From: an uncultured Chloroflexia bacterium
GTDB lineage: Bacteria; Chloroflexota; Limnocylindria; Limnocylindrales; CSP1-4
Assembly (NCBI GenBank): GCA_963809375.1
Contig: CAWEJO010000004.1
Location: 350,850 to 414,849 of the forward strand
Length of the DNA stretch: 64,000 nt
Direction of reading: 5' to 3'
The notes below the pieces were generated by a model. It ran no database searches and was not told the DNA's origin. It was given only the letters and a program-made list of their open reading frames with translations. A program made the position numbers and the translations under genes. Shown here one piece after another: positions 1-8,758 of this stretch; position 1 is the first letter of the stretch, and every line of letters starts with the position of its first letter.

Positions 1-787
1 ATCATCGCCTGCGGAGTGGCGCCGTGGATCAGGCCGAGCGTGACCGCGCTGAAGGCCGGGTGGTCGAGCGAGCCCTGGCCCTCGACGAGCACCCAGTCGC
101 CGCGGTGCTCGCCCTCTTCCACCATCCACTCGACGGTCCCGTTGAGGAAGTCGCTGATCACCCGGTCGACGGCAACTCCCCAGCCCTCGATCATCATGCC
201 GGTCTGGCCGGTCGGGACGAAGGCGACCTTGTCGCCGGCGGCGAGGCCGGCCTTTCGGAGCTCGAGGGCGACCGACATCTTGCCGACCGCGCAGTCGGTG
301 CCGACCGTCAGGATCACGCGCTTGCCGGCCGGGTGAAGCCGGCCGACCGCGCAGTCCCGGCGTTCGGGCGGGCGACGGTAGTCGATGATCTGCTGTCCGT
401 GGGTCGCCGCCGCCGCCGAGAAGTCCGGGTCGTCGCCCAGGAACTGGTGCAGCCCTGAGTGGATGTCGAGGCCGTTCGAGAGCGCCGTCATGATCGTCGC
501 GCGCCAGGCGTCGGGGAGTCGGCCGCCGGTCGGCGCGATCCCGATGAGGAGGCCGTCCGGGCGCGGGCGGCCGGGGATCTCGAACGACTCCTCGAGGGTG
601 GCCACGATCGGGATGTCGACCCCGGGGATCCACTCGCCGGCATTCCGCCCGGCGATCGTCGAATCGAGGACGGCGACCACCTCGTCGGGTCCGTAGCGGA
701 TGACGCCCCACGCGGTCTTGGAATCGTGCGGTCCGAACTGCCCTTCGGTGAGGATGACCAGCCTGCGGGGGCCGTGGGGGTTCATGT
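1..787 (-). CDS. DUF1611-domain protein; 5' end at ATG 787, 3' part runs off the window start
   Basis: Minus-strand translation MNPHGPRRLVILTEGQFGPHDSKTAWGVIRYGPDEVVAVLD...GIAPTGGRLP...TVGTDCAVGKMSVALELRKAGL...VLVEGQGSLDHPAFSAVTLGLIHGA matches the conserved blocks of DUF1611 (PF07755). GGAGG lies 6 nt upstream of the ATG. It is absent from the ORF track only because no stop codon falls inside the window. Confidence 0.6.
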
Positions 788-849
788 GTCCTCCGACGCT
801 TCCGGCGACCCCGGCGGGACGCCGACGGTGCGGCGTCGGGAAAAGGTAA

Positions 850-875
850 CGCCCCCGGGGCGCGGACCGGGGGCG
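850..875 (-). terminator. GC-rich hairpin: perfect 9-bp stem CGCCCCCGG / CCGGGGGCG with an 8-nt loop, flanked by T-rich runs on both strands; likely terminator for tRNA-Glu, possibly bidirectional
   Basis: The inverted repeat is directly visible. It lies 15 nt beyond the 3' end of the minus-strand tRNA, and on the minus strand is followed by TTACCTTTT. Confidence 0.35.
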
Positions 876-890
876 TTGGGTTGTTCGGGT

Positions 891-967
891 TGGTACCGCA
901 TACCGGATTCGAACCGGTGATCTCCGCCTTGAGAGGGCGGCGTCCTGGGCCTCTAGACGAATGCGGC
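891..967 (-). tRNA. tRNA-Glu: tRNA-Glu (anticodon CUC)
   Basis: Minus-strand sequence GCCGCATTCGTCTAGAGGCCCAGGACGCCGCCCTCTCAAGGCGGAGATCACCGGTTCGAATCCGGTATGCGGTACCA folds as a cloverleaf. It has a 7-bp acceptor stem, a CCGCC/GGCGG anticodon stem with loop CTCTCAA (anticodon CUC), a T-arm ACCGG-TTCGAAT-CCGGT and an encoded CCA. It is very similar to actinobacterial tRNA-Glu. Confidence 0.85.
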
Positions 968-1182
968 GCAAGGTCGAGAGGCAATCCGCACGTCGACCGC
1001 GAGCCAGAATACCATCGCCCAGCATCGTCCGGCAAGCGCGCCCGACGCGGCGGCGCGCGGAGCGCGACCGCGGGACACCGGAGCGGTGCCGGCGAGGGAA
1101 GGCAGCCGCTGGACGGACCGGGTCGGCGCGGGACCCAGGCAGGCGATCCTCTCCGGAGATCGTCGGCCCGCGGCCTGCCCTC

Positions 1183-2091
1183 TCAGAACCGGTGCGACTC
1201 GAGGAACAGCTTCACCCGCTCGGCGACCATCCGGTAGCCCTCCTCGGCGAGCGTGAGCCCGTAGTGTGACGCGGCCCCGTATTGCTCGTGCTCCGCGCCG
1301 AGCCAGCTCGCGAGCTGCTCCGCCCCCTCGGCAAGGGGCGATCCGTCGAGGCCGGAGCCGATCACCAGCGCCGGCAGGCCCGCGAGCCGGGTCACGTCAA
1401 CGGGGACGCCGGCCAGCATCGTGGCGCGGGCGCGCCCCGACTCGTGGGGCTTCTGCCCGAGCAGGTGCTGCACGCGCAGCACGTCATCGATCGTGAGGTC
1501 GCGGTTCTCGCGCACGAGCTTCTCCGGGAGGGCGTCCCAGCCCGAGACGCTCCGCCCGTAGGCCGGCGGCACGTCCCGCACGATGTGAGGCTTGGCAGGC
1601 ATGCGCAGCTCGGCCGGCAACTCCGCGTCGACGAGGACCAGGCCGGCCACCGGGGCGCGCTCGGCGGCCGCCTTGAGGACCAGCAGCCCGCCCATGCCAT
1701 GACCGATCGCCACGGCGTTCGGCCCGATCCGCTCGAGGCCGGCCGCGACATCGTCGAGATAGCTCTCGAACGACAGTGTCGCCGGGTCGGCCACCTGGCT
1801 CCAGTAGTGATTGCGCAGGTTGAGCGCGTGGCCCTCCCAGCCGCGGCCGGCGAAGAAGCGCAGCCAGCGCTCCCAGACCCACGACCCCGCCAGCTCCCCG
1901 TGGACGAAGAAGAGGGGCCGGCGCCGCGAGCGGCGCTCGGGGAGCCAGGACTCGATGTAGAGGCCGCGCTCCTCGAGCTCGATCTCGTCCTTGCGGACCG
2001 GGCGCCCGCCGCCTCCGTTGCCGGAGCCGCCGCCGGTCGGAGGCGTGGCCTGCGACACGAGGGGCTCCCGATCGAGGGGGTCGTCGAGCAT
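1183..2091 (-). CDS. alpha/beta-fold hydrolase
   Basis: Translation MLDDPLDREPLV...PLFFVHGELAGSWVWERWLRFFAGRGWEGHALNLRNHY...AVAIGHGMGGLLVLKAA... shows the HG oxyanion motif and a GHGMGG nucleophile elbow (GxSxG-like). The ATG follows the DUF1015 stop immediately (TAGTCATG). The longer upstream extension in the track (670 aa) is Arg/Pro-rich junk. Confidence 0.65.
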   Translation of the reverse strand: MLDDPLDREPLVSQATPPTGGGSGNGGGGRPVRKDEIELEERGLYIESWLPERRSRRRPLFFVHGELAGSWVWERWLRFFAGRGWEGHALNLRNHYWSQVADPATLSFESYLDDVAAGLERIGPNAVAIGHGMGGLLVLKAAAERAPVAGLVLVDAELPAELRMPAKPHIVRDVPPAYGRSVSGWDALPEKLVRENRDLTIDDVLRVQHLLGQKPHESGRARATMLAGVPVDVTRLAGLPALVIGSGLDGSPLAEGAEQLASWLGAEHEQYGAASHYGLTLAEEGYRMVAERVKLFLESHRF

Positions 2092-2093
2092 GA

Positions 2094-3419
2094 CTACGAC
2101 TCGAGTGGGTTGATCACGAGGCCGGTCAGCGGCTTCGGATAGAAGTAGGTCGATTTCTGGGGCATCACGTCGCCCTCGGCGGCGACAGCGGCGATCTCGG
2201 CGACCGGGGTCGGCTCGAGCAGGAAGGCCGCATCGGCGCCATCGGTCCCGGCGTCGACCCAGCCGATCGCCTCGGGCACCGACTTCGTGTACGCGATCCG
2301 GCCGCCCGTGGCGGTGGCGCCCCGGTCGATGCCGCAGAGACGCTCGAGCGCGACCGCCAGCAACGAGACGTCGAGCCGCAGCAGGGCTTCGCCGCCAGCC
2401 GGAAAGATCGGCGCGAATGCAGCCCGGCGGGCGGTCAGGATCGCACCCCCGGCGCGGGTCCACAGCCCGATCCGACCGGCGCCGCCGGCGGCCAGGGTCC
2501 CGGCCCCGAAGCCTCGCTCCAGGGCCTCGCAGGTCGCGGGCTCGACGTCGAACAGGTCGCGGGCAGCCCGCGGCAGGTCGTCGGCCGTCGCGCCGATGCC
2601 ACGAGCCACCCGGTGGGTCGGGAGGACCGTCAGCGGCTCGCCCGCCTCGACGAGGAGCATCAGCACGTAGTCGAACGCCGGGTCCGTCTCGGTCGAGCCG
2701 GTGCGGCGCTCGTCGCGGTAGCGCAGCGCGGTCTCGTAGCGGTGATGTCCGTCGGCGATCGTGACCGGGTCGCGGCCGGCGGCCTCGCGGAGCGTCGCGA
2801 CGGCCGCGCCGTTCGTCTCGTCGTCGGGCACCGCCCAGAGGCGATGGCGCACGCCTTCGTCGTCCCGGACGTCCGCGACGAGCCTCCCGCGCACCCCGGC
2901 GACGACATCGCCGAGCACGCTCGCCGTGGCGCCACCCGGATCCGCATACAGCGCCATGACGCCGCTCAGGTTCGCGGCGGTCGCGCGCATCAGGCGGTAG
3001 CGATCCTCGCGCGGGCCGCTGAGCGTGCGCTCGTGGGGCAGGACGCCTGCTCCCGGCCCGTACGCCTCGAGCCGCACGCGCGCGTAGAACCCGCGCTGCA
3101 CCCGCGTGACGTCCGAGCCGGGGACGGTGTACGACTGCTCGCAGACGTAGACGCTCGCGCGAGGATCCATCCGCAGCGTGCCGTCGGCGCGCCACCGCAT
3201 GAAGAGGCGCGCCGCAGCCCGGTACTTGTCGTCCGGGTCGGTCGCTCCCGACGCGTCGACGGGCTTGTCGATCGCCACGACGTTCCGCGGGTCGCGGGCC
3301 GCCAGAACGGCCCGTTGCGCCGGCGAGATGACGTCGTAGGGCGGGGCGACCACGCGTCCCAGGTCGGGCACGACCTCGGGGCTGTAGCGCAGCGCGCGGA
3401 ACGCGCGGATCTCGGGCAC
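2094..3419 (-). CDS. DUF1015-family protein
   Basis: The GTG start with GGAGG 4 nt upstream gives VPEIRAFRALRYSPEVVPDLGRVVAPPYDVISP..., the characteristic DUF1015 N-terminus. The reading frame is continuous to the TAG at 2094 (441 aa). Upstream in-frame sequence in the track is low-complexity. Confidence 0.6.
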   Translation of the reverse strand: MPEIRAFRALRYSPEVVPDLGRVVAPPYDVISPAQRAVLAARDPRNVVAIDKPVDASGATDPDDKYRAAARLFMRWRADGTLRMDPRASVYVCEQSYTVPGSDVTRVQRGFYARVRLEAYGPGAGVLPHERTLSGPREDRYRLMRATAANLSGVMALYADPGGATASVLGDVVAGVRGRLVADVRDDEGVRHRLWAVPDDETNGAAVATLREAAGRDPVTIADGHHRYETALRYRDERRTGSTETDPAFDYVLMLLVEAGEPLTVLPTHRVARGIGATADDLPRAARDLFDVEPATCEALERGFGAGTLAAGGAGRIGLWTRAGGAILTARRAAFAPIFPAGGEALLRLDVSLLAVALERLCGIDRGATATGGRIAYTKSVPEAIGWVDAGTDGADAAFLLEPTPVAEIAAVAAEGDVMPQKSTYFYPKPLTGLVINPLES

Positions 3420-3747
3420 GCGACCTCCAGGACGGGACCTCGACGCCGCTGGACCCGGAATGGCTGGGGCCGGCGGGCGGACGGGCGATCCGCGGTCAAG
3501 GATACCGCGTCGGGTCCGACCCTTCGAGCCTGCCCCCGGCGGCAGCCGCGGCGCTCGAAAACCTGGGCGCCTCGCCATCCTCCGCCGATCGCGATCAGCG
3601 GCGCTCGCAACCCGGGGCTCCTGCGGTCCGCCGCGCCGACGAATGACGGGGCCACGCGCCTGCGAAACTTTCCAGGGCCATCCGGCGTCCCAATGGCACC
3701 GGCGGCCACGATCGCCGCGTCGTCCGCGCGACCGCAGGGAGGAATTC

Positions 3748-6543
3748 GTGACCAACCGGCGCCGAGCCGCCCCGCTTCCGCCCGCCGCCCTCGGCCGCGC
3801 CGCTCGTCTTCTGGTCCTTGCCGGGCTCCTGGCCGCCCTCGGTGCCGTGCTCCCCGCGATCGCACACGGCGCGCTGGCCGCGGACCCGTCGCCGTCGGCC
3901 TCGCCGGGCGCCTCAGCGGCAGCCGAGCCGGCCGGACTCGGCATGGATGCCCGGGCGCTGCTGCAGGGTCACGCCCGGCCCGGCGCGTGGATGGCCGTCA
4001 ACGTGAGCCTCTCGAACGACGGCCCACCGATCACGGGCGAGCTCCGGATGGTCGGCGGCACGCAGGGGACGACCCGCTTCTCGGTGCCGGTGGACCTCCC
4101 GACCACGTCCCGGAAGTCGTACTCGATGTACATCCAGGCTCCCGTCTTCGGCTCGAAGCTCGACGTGGCCCTCGTCTCCGGCGAGAGGGTCGTGGCGAAG
4201 CGCCAGGTCGCCTTCGCCCTCCACGACGTGAGCCAGCTGAGCGTCGGGGTCGTGGCCGAGCGGCCGGGCGACCTCGTCGCGAGCCTCGCCCGGGTCAGCG
4301 ATCCCACCGCGCCCCGCCCCGCCGTCTTCGGCCTCGTCCCGGCCGACCTGCCGTCACGCCCGGAGGCCTGGGCGCCGGTCGATCGACTGGTCTGGCAGGA
4401 CGTCGACTCGTCCGAGCTCACCCGGGAGCAGATGGCGGCCCTCCGGACGTGGCTCGCCGGCGGCGGCCGCCTCACGATCGTCGGCGGGACGAACGGGGCG
4501 AACGTGCTGGGGGCGTTCCCCGACGAGCTCCTGCCGTATCGCCCCGCCACCACCCTCGACGTGGACCCGAGCGAGCTCCGGGCCCTCGTCGGCGGCACGC
4601 TCCCGGCCAACGCGACGCCCGTCGCGGCCCTCGCCGGCGAGCTCACGCAGGGCCGGGCCATCGCGACGAGCGGCGGCGCGGGCGATCGTCGCCGAGACGA
4701 CCTACGGCTCGGGCGGCGTTGCGATCGTCGGGTTCGACCCGGCCTCTTCGTGGCTCGCCGGGACCGATCGCGCCGACGCCGTCTGGCAGCGCGTGGTGCC
4801 GGCGCGGGCAGGCGCCGCGGGCCAGATCCTCGTCGGGGACGACAGCCCGTTCGTGCAGCTTCTTGGCAACCTGCCGTCGCTCGCCATTCCTTCGATCGAG
4901 GGCCTGCTGCTCCTGCTCGTCGGCTACATCATCCTCGTCGGGCCGGTCAACTACCTCGTCCTGCGCCGCCTCGACAGGCGCGAATGGGCCTGGCTGAGCA
5001 TCCCGCTCATCGTCGTCGGCTTCACCGTCGCGGCGTTCGCCATCGGCAGCTCGCTGCGCGGCAGCAACGTGATCGTGAACCAGGTCGCGGTGGTGCGCGG
5101 CGCGCCGGGCACCGACGCCGCCCAGGCCGAGGTCTTCCTGGGCATCTTCTCCCCCACCCGTTCCACCTACGACGTGACGGTCGGGGCCGGGGCGCTCGTC
5201 ACGGCCCCCGTGAGCGACCCGACCGGGACCGGGACGAGCGGCAACCTCGACGTCATCCAGGCCGACACGGCGACGATCCGCGGCCTGACGGTCGCCTACG
5301 GCTCGATGCGGGCGATGCGCGCCGACTCGACGGTCACCGCGCCAAAGGTTGCGGTCACGCTCGCGGTCCACGACGGGCGCCTGACGGGCACCGTCCGGAA
5401 CGATTCGACGGTTCCACTGGCGAGGGCGACGGTGGTCCTCGGCATGACGGCCGCGCAGGTCGGAGACCTCGCCCCGGGCGCGTCGGCGAAGATCGACGTC
5501 GCACTGCAGTCGGTCGGCGTCCAGGGATCAAATCTGTCGGACCGGGTGTTCGGGCCGCAGGGCGGCGTCATGTTCGACGGCAGCCCCCCGTCGGACTACA
5601 TCCGCGAGATGGTGCGCCGTGGGCTGCTCGACGCGCTCACGTACGACCCGTTCTCGGGCTGGACGGGCACGCTGCCGACGAGCGGGCCGGTCCTCCTGGC
5701 CTGGGGCACGCCCGGGCTCCTCGACGTAAAGGTCGGTTCCGAGAGCCCGGTCACCTCCGGCGAGACGCTCTACTACATCCCGCTCGACTTCAGCATGTCG
5801 GGCCGGACGATCTTCACGCCCGACCTGCTGCGGGTCACGACTGTCGACAACAAGGCCCAGATGTTCCAGAAGGATCCGACCTTCATCGGGATGGGCACCG
5901 GCTCGGTGACGCTCGCCTATCGGCCGATCTCGCTCCAGGGAACGCTCGCGGAGCCGCGCCTCATCATCGCCACCGACACCGGCGACCCGTTCAACATCCC
6001 GACGCCGGCGCAGAAGCTGACGGCCGGTCCGCCCGCCGCGCCCTCTCCCTCGGCCTCCCCGTCACCCTCGGCGTCGCCAGTGGCATCGCCTTCGCCGGGC
6101 GCGTCCTCTTCGCCGGGCGCGTCCTCTTCGCCGGGCGCGCACTCCCGCGCCCTCCTCTCGCCGGGGCGTCTCCCGGATCGCCGTCGCCGGGCGGTCCGGC
6201 CCTGCCGCCCGACTCGCCGCCCCCGACGGACGCGCCCGCGCCGACCGCGTCCGCCGTCCCAACGGTGGCGCCGAGCGACCCGGCCTCCCCCGTCCCGGCG
6301 GCTCCCGTCCCGGCACCCGTGCCTTTCGTTCCGGGCCGGCCTACCTTCGAGCTCTTCGACATCGTGGCAGGAGCGTGGCGCCAGCTGCCGGCCCTGCCGT
6401 CTGGCCAGTCGGTCGAGATCAACGAGGCGGACCACTTCGTCGATCCGGCTTCGGGAACGGTCCTCGTCCGCCTCACGAACAATGACGCCGGCAACCAGAT
6501 CGGGCTCCAGCTCTCCGTCAGGATCGAGGGGACCATCCGATGA
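3748..6543 (+). CDS. large (~930 aa) membrane protein: GldG-like (ABC_transp_aux-type) N-terminal half, a central TM pair, a second extracytoplasmic half with a Pro/Ser-rich linker; reading frame interrupted twice (near 4678 and near 6130-6150)
   Basis: GGGAGG lies 5 nt before the GTG at 3748. The N-terminus is a signal/TM segment (AARLLVLAGLLAALGAVLPAIA), and the block QDVDSSELTREQMAALRTWLAGGGRLTIVGG resembles the GldG/ABC-auxiliary core. After ...AIATSGG the protein continues in the +1 frame (AIVAETTYGSGGVAIVGFDPASS..., TM pair LAIPSIEGLLLLLVGYIILVGPV...WLSIPLIVVGFTVAAFAIG). A second 1-nt frame change inside a PS-rich 18-bp tandem repeat returns it to the frame ending with TGA at 6543, which overlaps the downstream ATG (ATGA). 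Confidence 0.45.
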   Translation: MTNRRRAAPLPPAALGRAARLLVLAGLLAALGAVLPAIAHGALAADPSPSASPGASAAAEPAGLGMDARALLQGHARPGAWMAVNVSLSNDGPPITGELRMVGGTQGTTRFSVPVDLPTTSRKSYSMYIQAPVFGSKLDVALVSGERVVAKRQVAFALHDVSQLSVGVVAERPGDLVASLARVSDPTAPRPAVFGLVPADLPSRPEAWAPVDRLVWQDVDSSELTREQMAALRTWLAGGGRLTIVGGTNGANVLGAFPDELLPYRPATTLDVDPSELRALVGGTLPANATPVAALAGELTQGRAIATSGGAGDRRRDDLRLGRRCDRRVRPGLFVARRDRSRRRRLAARGAGAGRRRGPDPRRGRQPVRAASWQPAVARHSFDRGPAAPARRLHHPRRAGQLPRPAPPRQARMGLAEHPAHRRRLHRRGVRHRQLAARQQRDREPGRGGARRAGHRRRPGRGLPGHLLPHPFHLRRDGRGRGARHGPRERPDRDRDERQPRRHPGRHGDDPRPDGRLRLDAGDARRLDGHRAKGCGHARGPRRAPDGHRPERFDGSTGEGDGGPRHDGRAGRRPRPGRVGEDRRRTAVGRRPGIKSVGPGVRAAGRRHVRRQPPVGLHPRDGAPWAARRAHVRPVLGLDGHAADERAGPPGLGHARAPRRKGRFREPGHLRRDALLHPARLQHVGPDDLHARPAAGHDCRQQGPDVPEGSDLHRDGHRLGDARLSADLAPGNARGAAPHHRHRHRRPVQHPDAGAEADGRSARRALSLGLPVTLGVASGIAFAGRVLFAGRVLFAGRALPRPPLAGASPGSPSPGGPALPPDSPPPTDAPAPTASAVPTVAPSDPASPVPAAPVPAPVPFVPGRPTFELFDIVAGAWRQLPALPSGQSVEINEADHFVDPASGTVLVRLTNNDAGNQIGLQLSVRIEGTIR

Positions 6544-7553
6544 CCGCCATCGTCCGGACCGAGGGACTCGTCAAGCGCTACGCGGGAACCCTCGCCGTCG
6601 CGGGCCTCGACCTCGCGGTGGAGGAGGGCGAGATCTTCGGGATCGTCGGGCCCAACGGCGCCGGAAAGACGACGACGCTGCGAATCCTCGCCACGCTGCT
6701 CGCGCCGACCTCGGGCGACGCGGAGGTTGCCGGCGCATCGGTCCGCCGGAACCCCAACGCGGTGCGGCGGGTCGTCGGGTTCATGCCCGACAGCTTCGGC
6801 GTCTACGACGACATGCGGGTGTGGGAGTATCTCGACTTCTTCGGCCGCTGCCACGGCCTGCCCGCCGACCGGCGCAGGCGGGCCGTGTCCGACCTGCTCG
6901 AGCTGGTGGACCTCGGGGCCAAGCGCGAGGCGTACGTCAACACGCTCTCGCGCGGCATGCAGCAGCGGCTGTGCCTCGCCCACGCGCTCGTCCACGATCC
7001 CGCGGTGCTCGTCCTCGATGAGCCCGCGTCGGGCCTCGACCCGCGGGCCCGGGTCGAGCTCCGCGAGCTGCTCCGCGAGCTCCGGGCGCTCGGGAAGACG
7101 ATCCTGATCAGCAGCCACATCCTGCCCGAGCTCGAGGAGCTGTGCACCAGCCTCGCGATCATCGACCATGGCAAGGTGCTCGCCCAGGGAAGGCTCGCCG
7201 ACATCGAAGCCCGGCTCCGCGTCGGCGCTGTCATCCGGGTGCGCGTCCTCGGCGACGGCGGCGGCCTCGAAGCCGCGCGTGCGCGGATCGCGGCCGAGGC
7301 TGGCGTCGTGGGCGTCGACGAGGCGGGCGATGGGCTGCTCGAGGTCGCCTTCACGGGTGACGACGAAGCGGCCGCGGCCCTGCTGGGGACCCTCGTGCGC
7401 GGGGGCGTGCGAGTCGTCTCGTTCGGCCGGGCGGTGTCCGACCTCGAGGAGCTCTTCCTGCAGATGACCGGCGAACGCGACGTCGAGGCCGGCGAGGTCG
7501 AGACGGCCGAGAGTGTGGCCCCGGCTGCCACGGGCACGGAGGCGCGACGATGA
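6540..7553 (+). CDS. ABC transporter ATP-binding protein (GldA-like, ABC-2 subfamily)
   Basis: Intact 337-aa ORF with Walker A GPNGAGKTT, signature LSRGMQQRL, Walker B VLVLDEPASGLD and H-loop. The start overlaps the upstream stop (ATGA) and the stop overlaps the downstream start. Confidence 0.85.
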   Translation: MTAIVRTEGLVKRYAGTLAVAGLDLAVEEGEIFGIVGPNGAGKTTTLRILATLLAPTSGDAEVAGASVRRNPNAVRRVVGFMPDSFGVYDDMRVWEYLDFFGRCHGLPADRRRRAVSDLLELVDLGAKREAYVNTLSRGMQQRLCLAHALVHDPAVLVLDEPASGLDPRARVELRELLRELRALGKTILISSHILPELEELCTSLAIIDHGKVLAQGRLADIEARLRVGAVIRVRVLGDGGGLEAARARIAAEAGVVGVDEAGDGLLEVAFTGDDEAAAALLGTLVRGGVRVVSFGRAVSDLEELFLQMTGERDVEAGEVETAESVAPAATGTEARR

Positions 7554-8758
7554 GGACACATGTCTCGCTGCTTGCAGCCGGTGTCGGCGCGGTCGCGACC
7601 AAGGAGCTGCGCGGGCGGATGCGCGGCTGGCGGGCGTTCATCTCGCTGACGCTGTACGTGGCCCTGCTGGCCGGGTTCACCATCCTCGTCTACTTCGCGA
7701 TGCGCCGGTCGTACGCGAACGGCGGCAGCTTCGGCGGCACGCCGTTCGCGTCGGCAAGCGTCGGCCAGTCGATCTTCGAAGTCCTGATGGTCATCCAGAC
7801 CATCCTGGTCGTGTTCCTCGCCCCGGCCTTCACCTCCGGCGCGATCAGCCTCGAGCGCGAGAAGCAGACCCTCGACATGCTCGCCGCCACGCCGGTGCCC
7901 AGCCTCGCGATCGTGCTCGGGAAGCTGTTCTCCGCGCTCGCCTTCGTGGGCATGCAGATCCTGGCATCGGTGCCGCTGGTCGCCGTCGTCTTCGTCTTCG
8001 GCGGCATCGCGCCCGACGACATCGTGCGCGGCTATCTCGTGCTGCTGGTGTGCGGTTTCGGGTTCGGCTGCATCGGCCTCGCCCTGTCGTCGATCACCCG
8101 CCGCACCCAGGCGGCGACGGTACTGACCTGGCTGATGGTGCTCGGGCTGACGCTCGGGACCGCGACCATCTTCGCCCTCTGGAACGGCATCGCCGCGCCG
8201 GCCCAGTCGAACATCGGGATGCCGCAGCCGGCTCCCATGGTCGACGACTCGAACGGGGGCTTCGGCGGCTCGACCGGCTCGACGGGAGCGTCGTCGACGT
8301 CGGGCATCCCGCAGCCCCCCGAATGGATCCTGTGGCTCAATCCCGGGGTCGCGATGGGCGACGTCGTGTGCGGCGCTGGCATGGATCCGTACTCGCTCGA
8401 GTGTCGTGGGGTGGCGTTCGCGCTCCACCAGGACGCGGGGCAGGTCTTCAGCCGCGACATGATCATCAAGGGCGGGGCCGCGGGGCTGGTGGGCGGGCCG
8501 GTCAACGTCGGGGTGACGGGCGTGGTCGGTGGCTTCGCGGCCGGTGGGTTCGTTGCCGACCCGACGGCGTCGGCGACCCCGTCCGTCCGAGACCGCCTGT
8601 GGCCCAAGATCGCCGCGGCCTGGCTCGTGGTGTCGCTGCTGCTCATCGCATTCTCGGTCGTCATGGTCCGCCCACGCGGCGCGCGGCGCCGCTCGCTCAG
8701 GCCGGGGCGCCCGCACCTGCGGCGGCGACGCAGCGCGACCCGGGAGACTCCGGCGTGA
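7550..8758 (+). CDS. ABC-2 type transporter permease (GldF-like), 6 TM
   Basis: Intact 402-aa ORF coupled by ATGA to the ATPase. Multiple hydrophobic helices are visible (TLYVALLAGFTILVYF, IQTILVVFLAPAFTSGAI, LVLLVCGFGFGCIGLAL, IAAAWLVVSLLLIAFSVVMV). Confidence 0.7.
   Translation: MRTHVSLLAAGVGAVATKELRGRMRGWRAFISLTLYVALLAGFTILVYFAMRRSYANGGSFGGTPFASASVGQSIFEVLMVIQTILVVFLAPAFTSGAISLEREKQTLDMLAATPVPSLAIVLGKLFSALAFVGMQILASVPLVAVVFVFGGIAPDDIVRGYLVLLVCGFGFGCIGLALSSITRRTQAATVLTWLMVLGLTLGTATIFALWNGIAAPAQSNIGMPQPAPMVDDSNGGFGGSTGSTGASSTSGIPQPPEWILWLNPGVAMGDVVCGAGMDPYSLECRGVAFALHQDAGQVFSRDMIIKGGAAGLVGGPVNVGVTGVVGGFAAGGFVADPTASATPSVRDRLWPKIAAAWLVVSLLLIAFSVVMVRPRGARRRSLRPGRPHLRRRRSATRETPA

Noticed and set aside
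868-1183. An integrase or mobile element at the tRNA-Glu gene
   Set aside because: The flanks hold a DUF1611 gene and a hydrolase. There is no integrase, and no direct repeat of the tRNA 3' end is visible.
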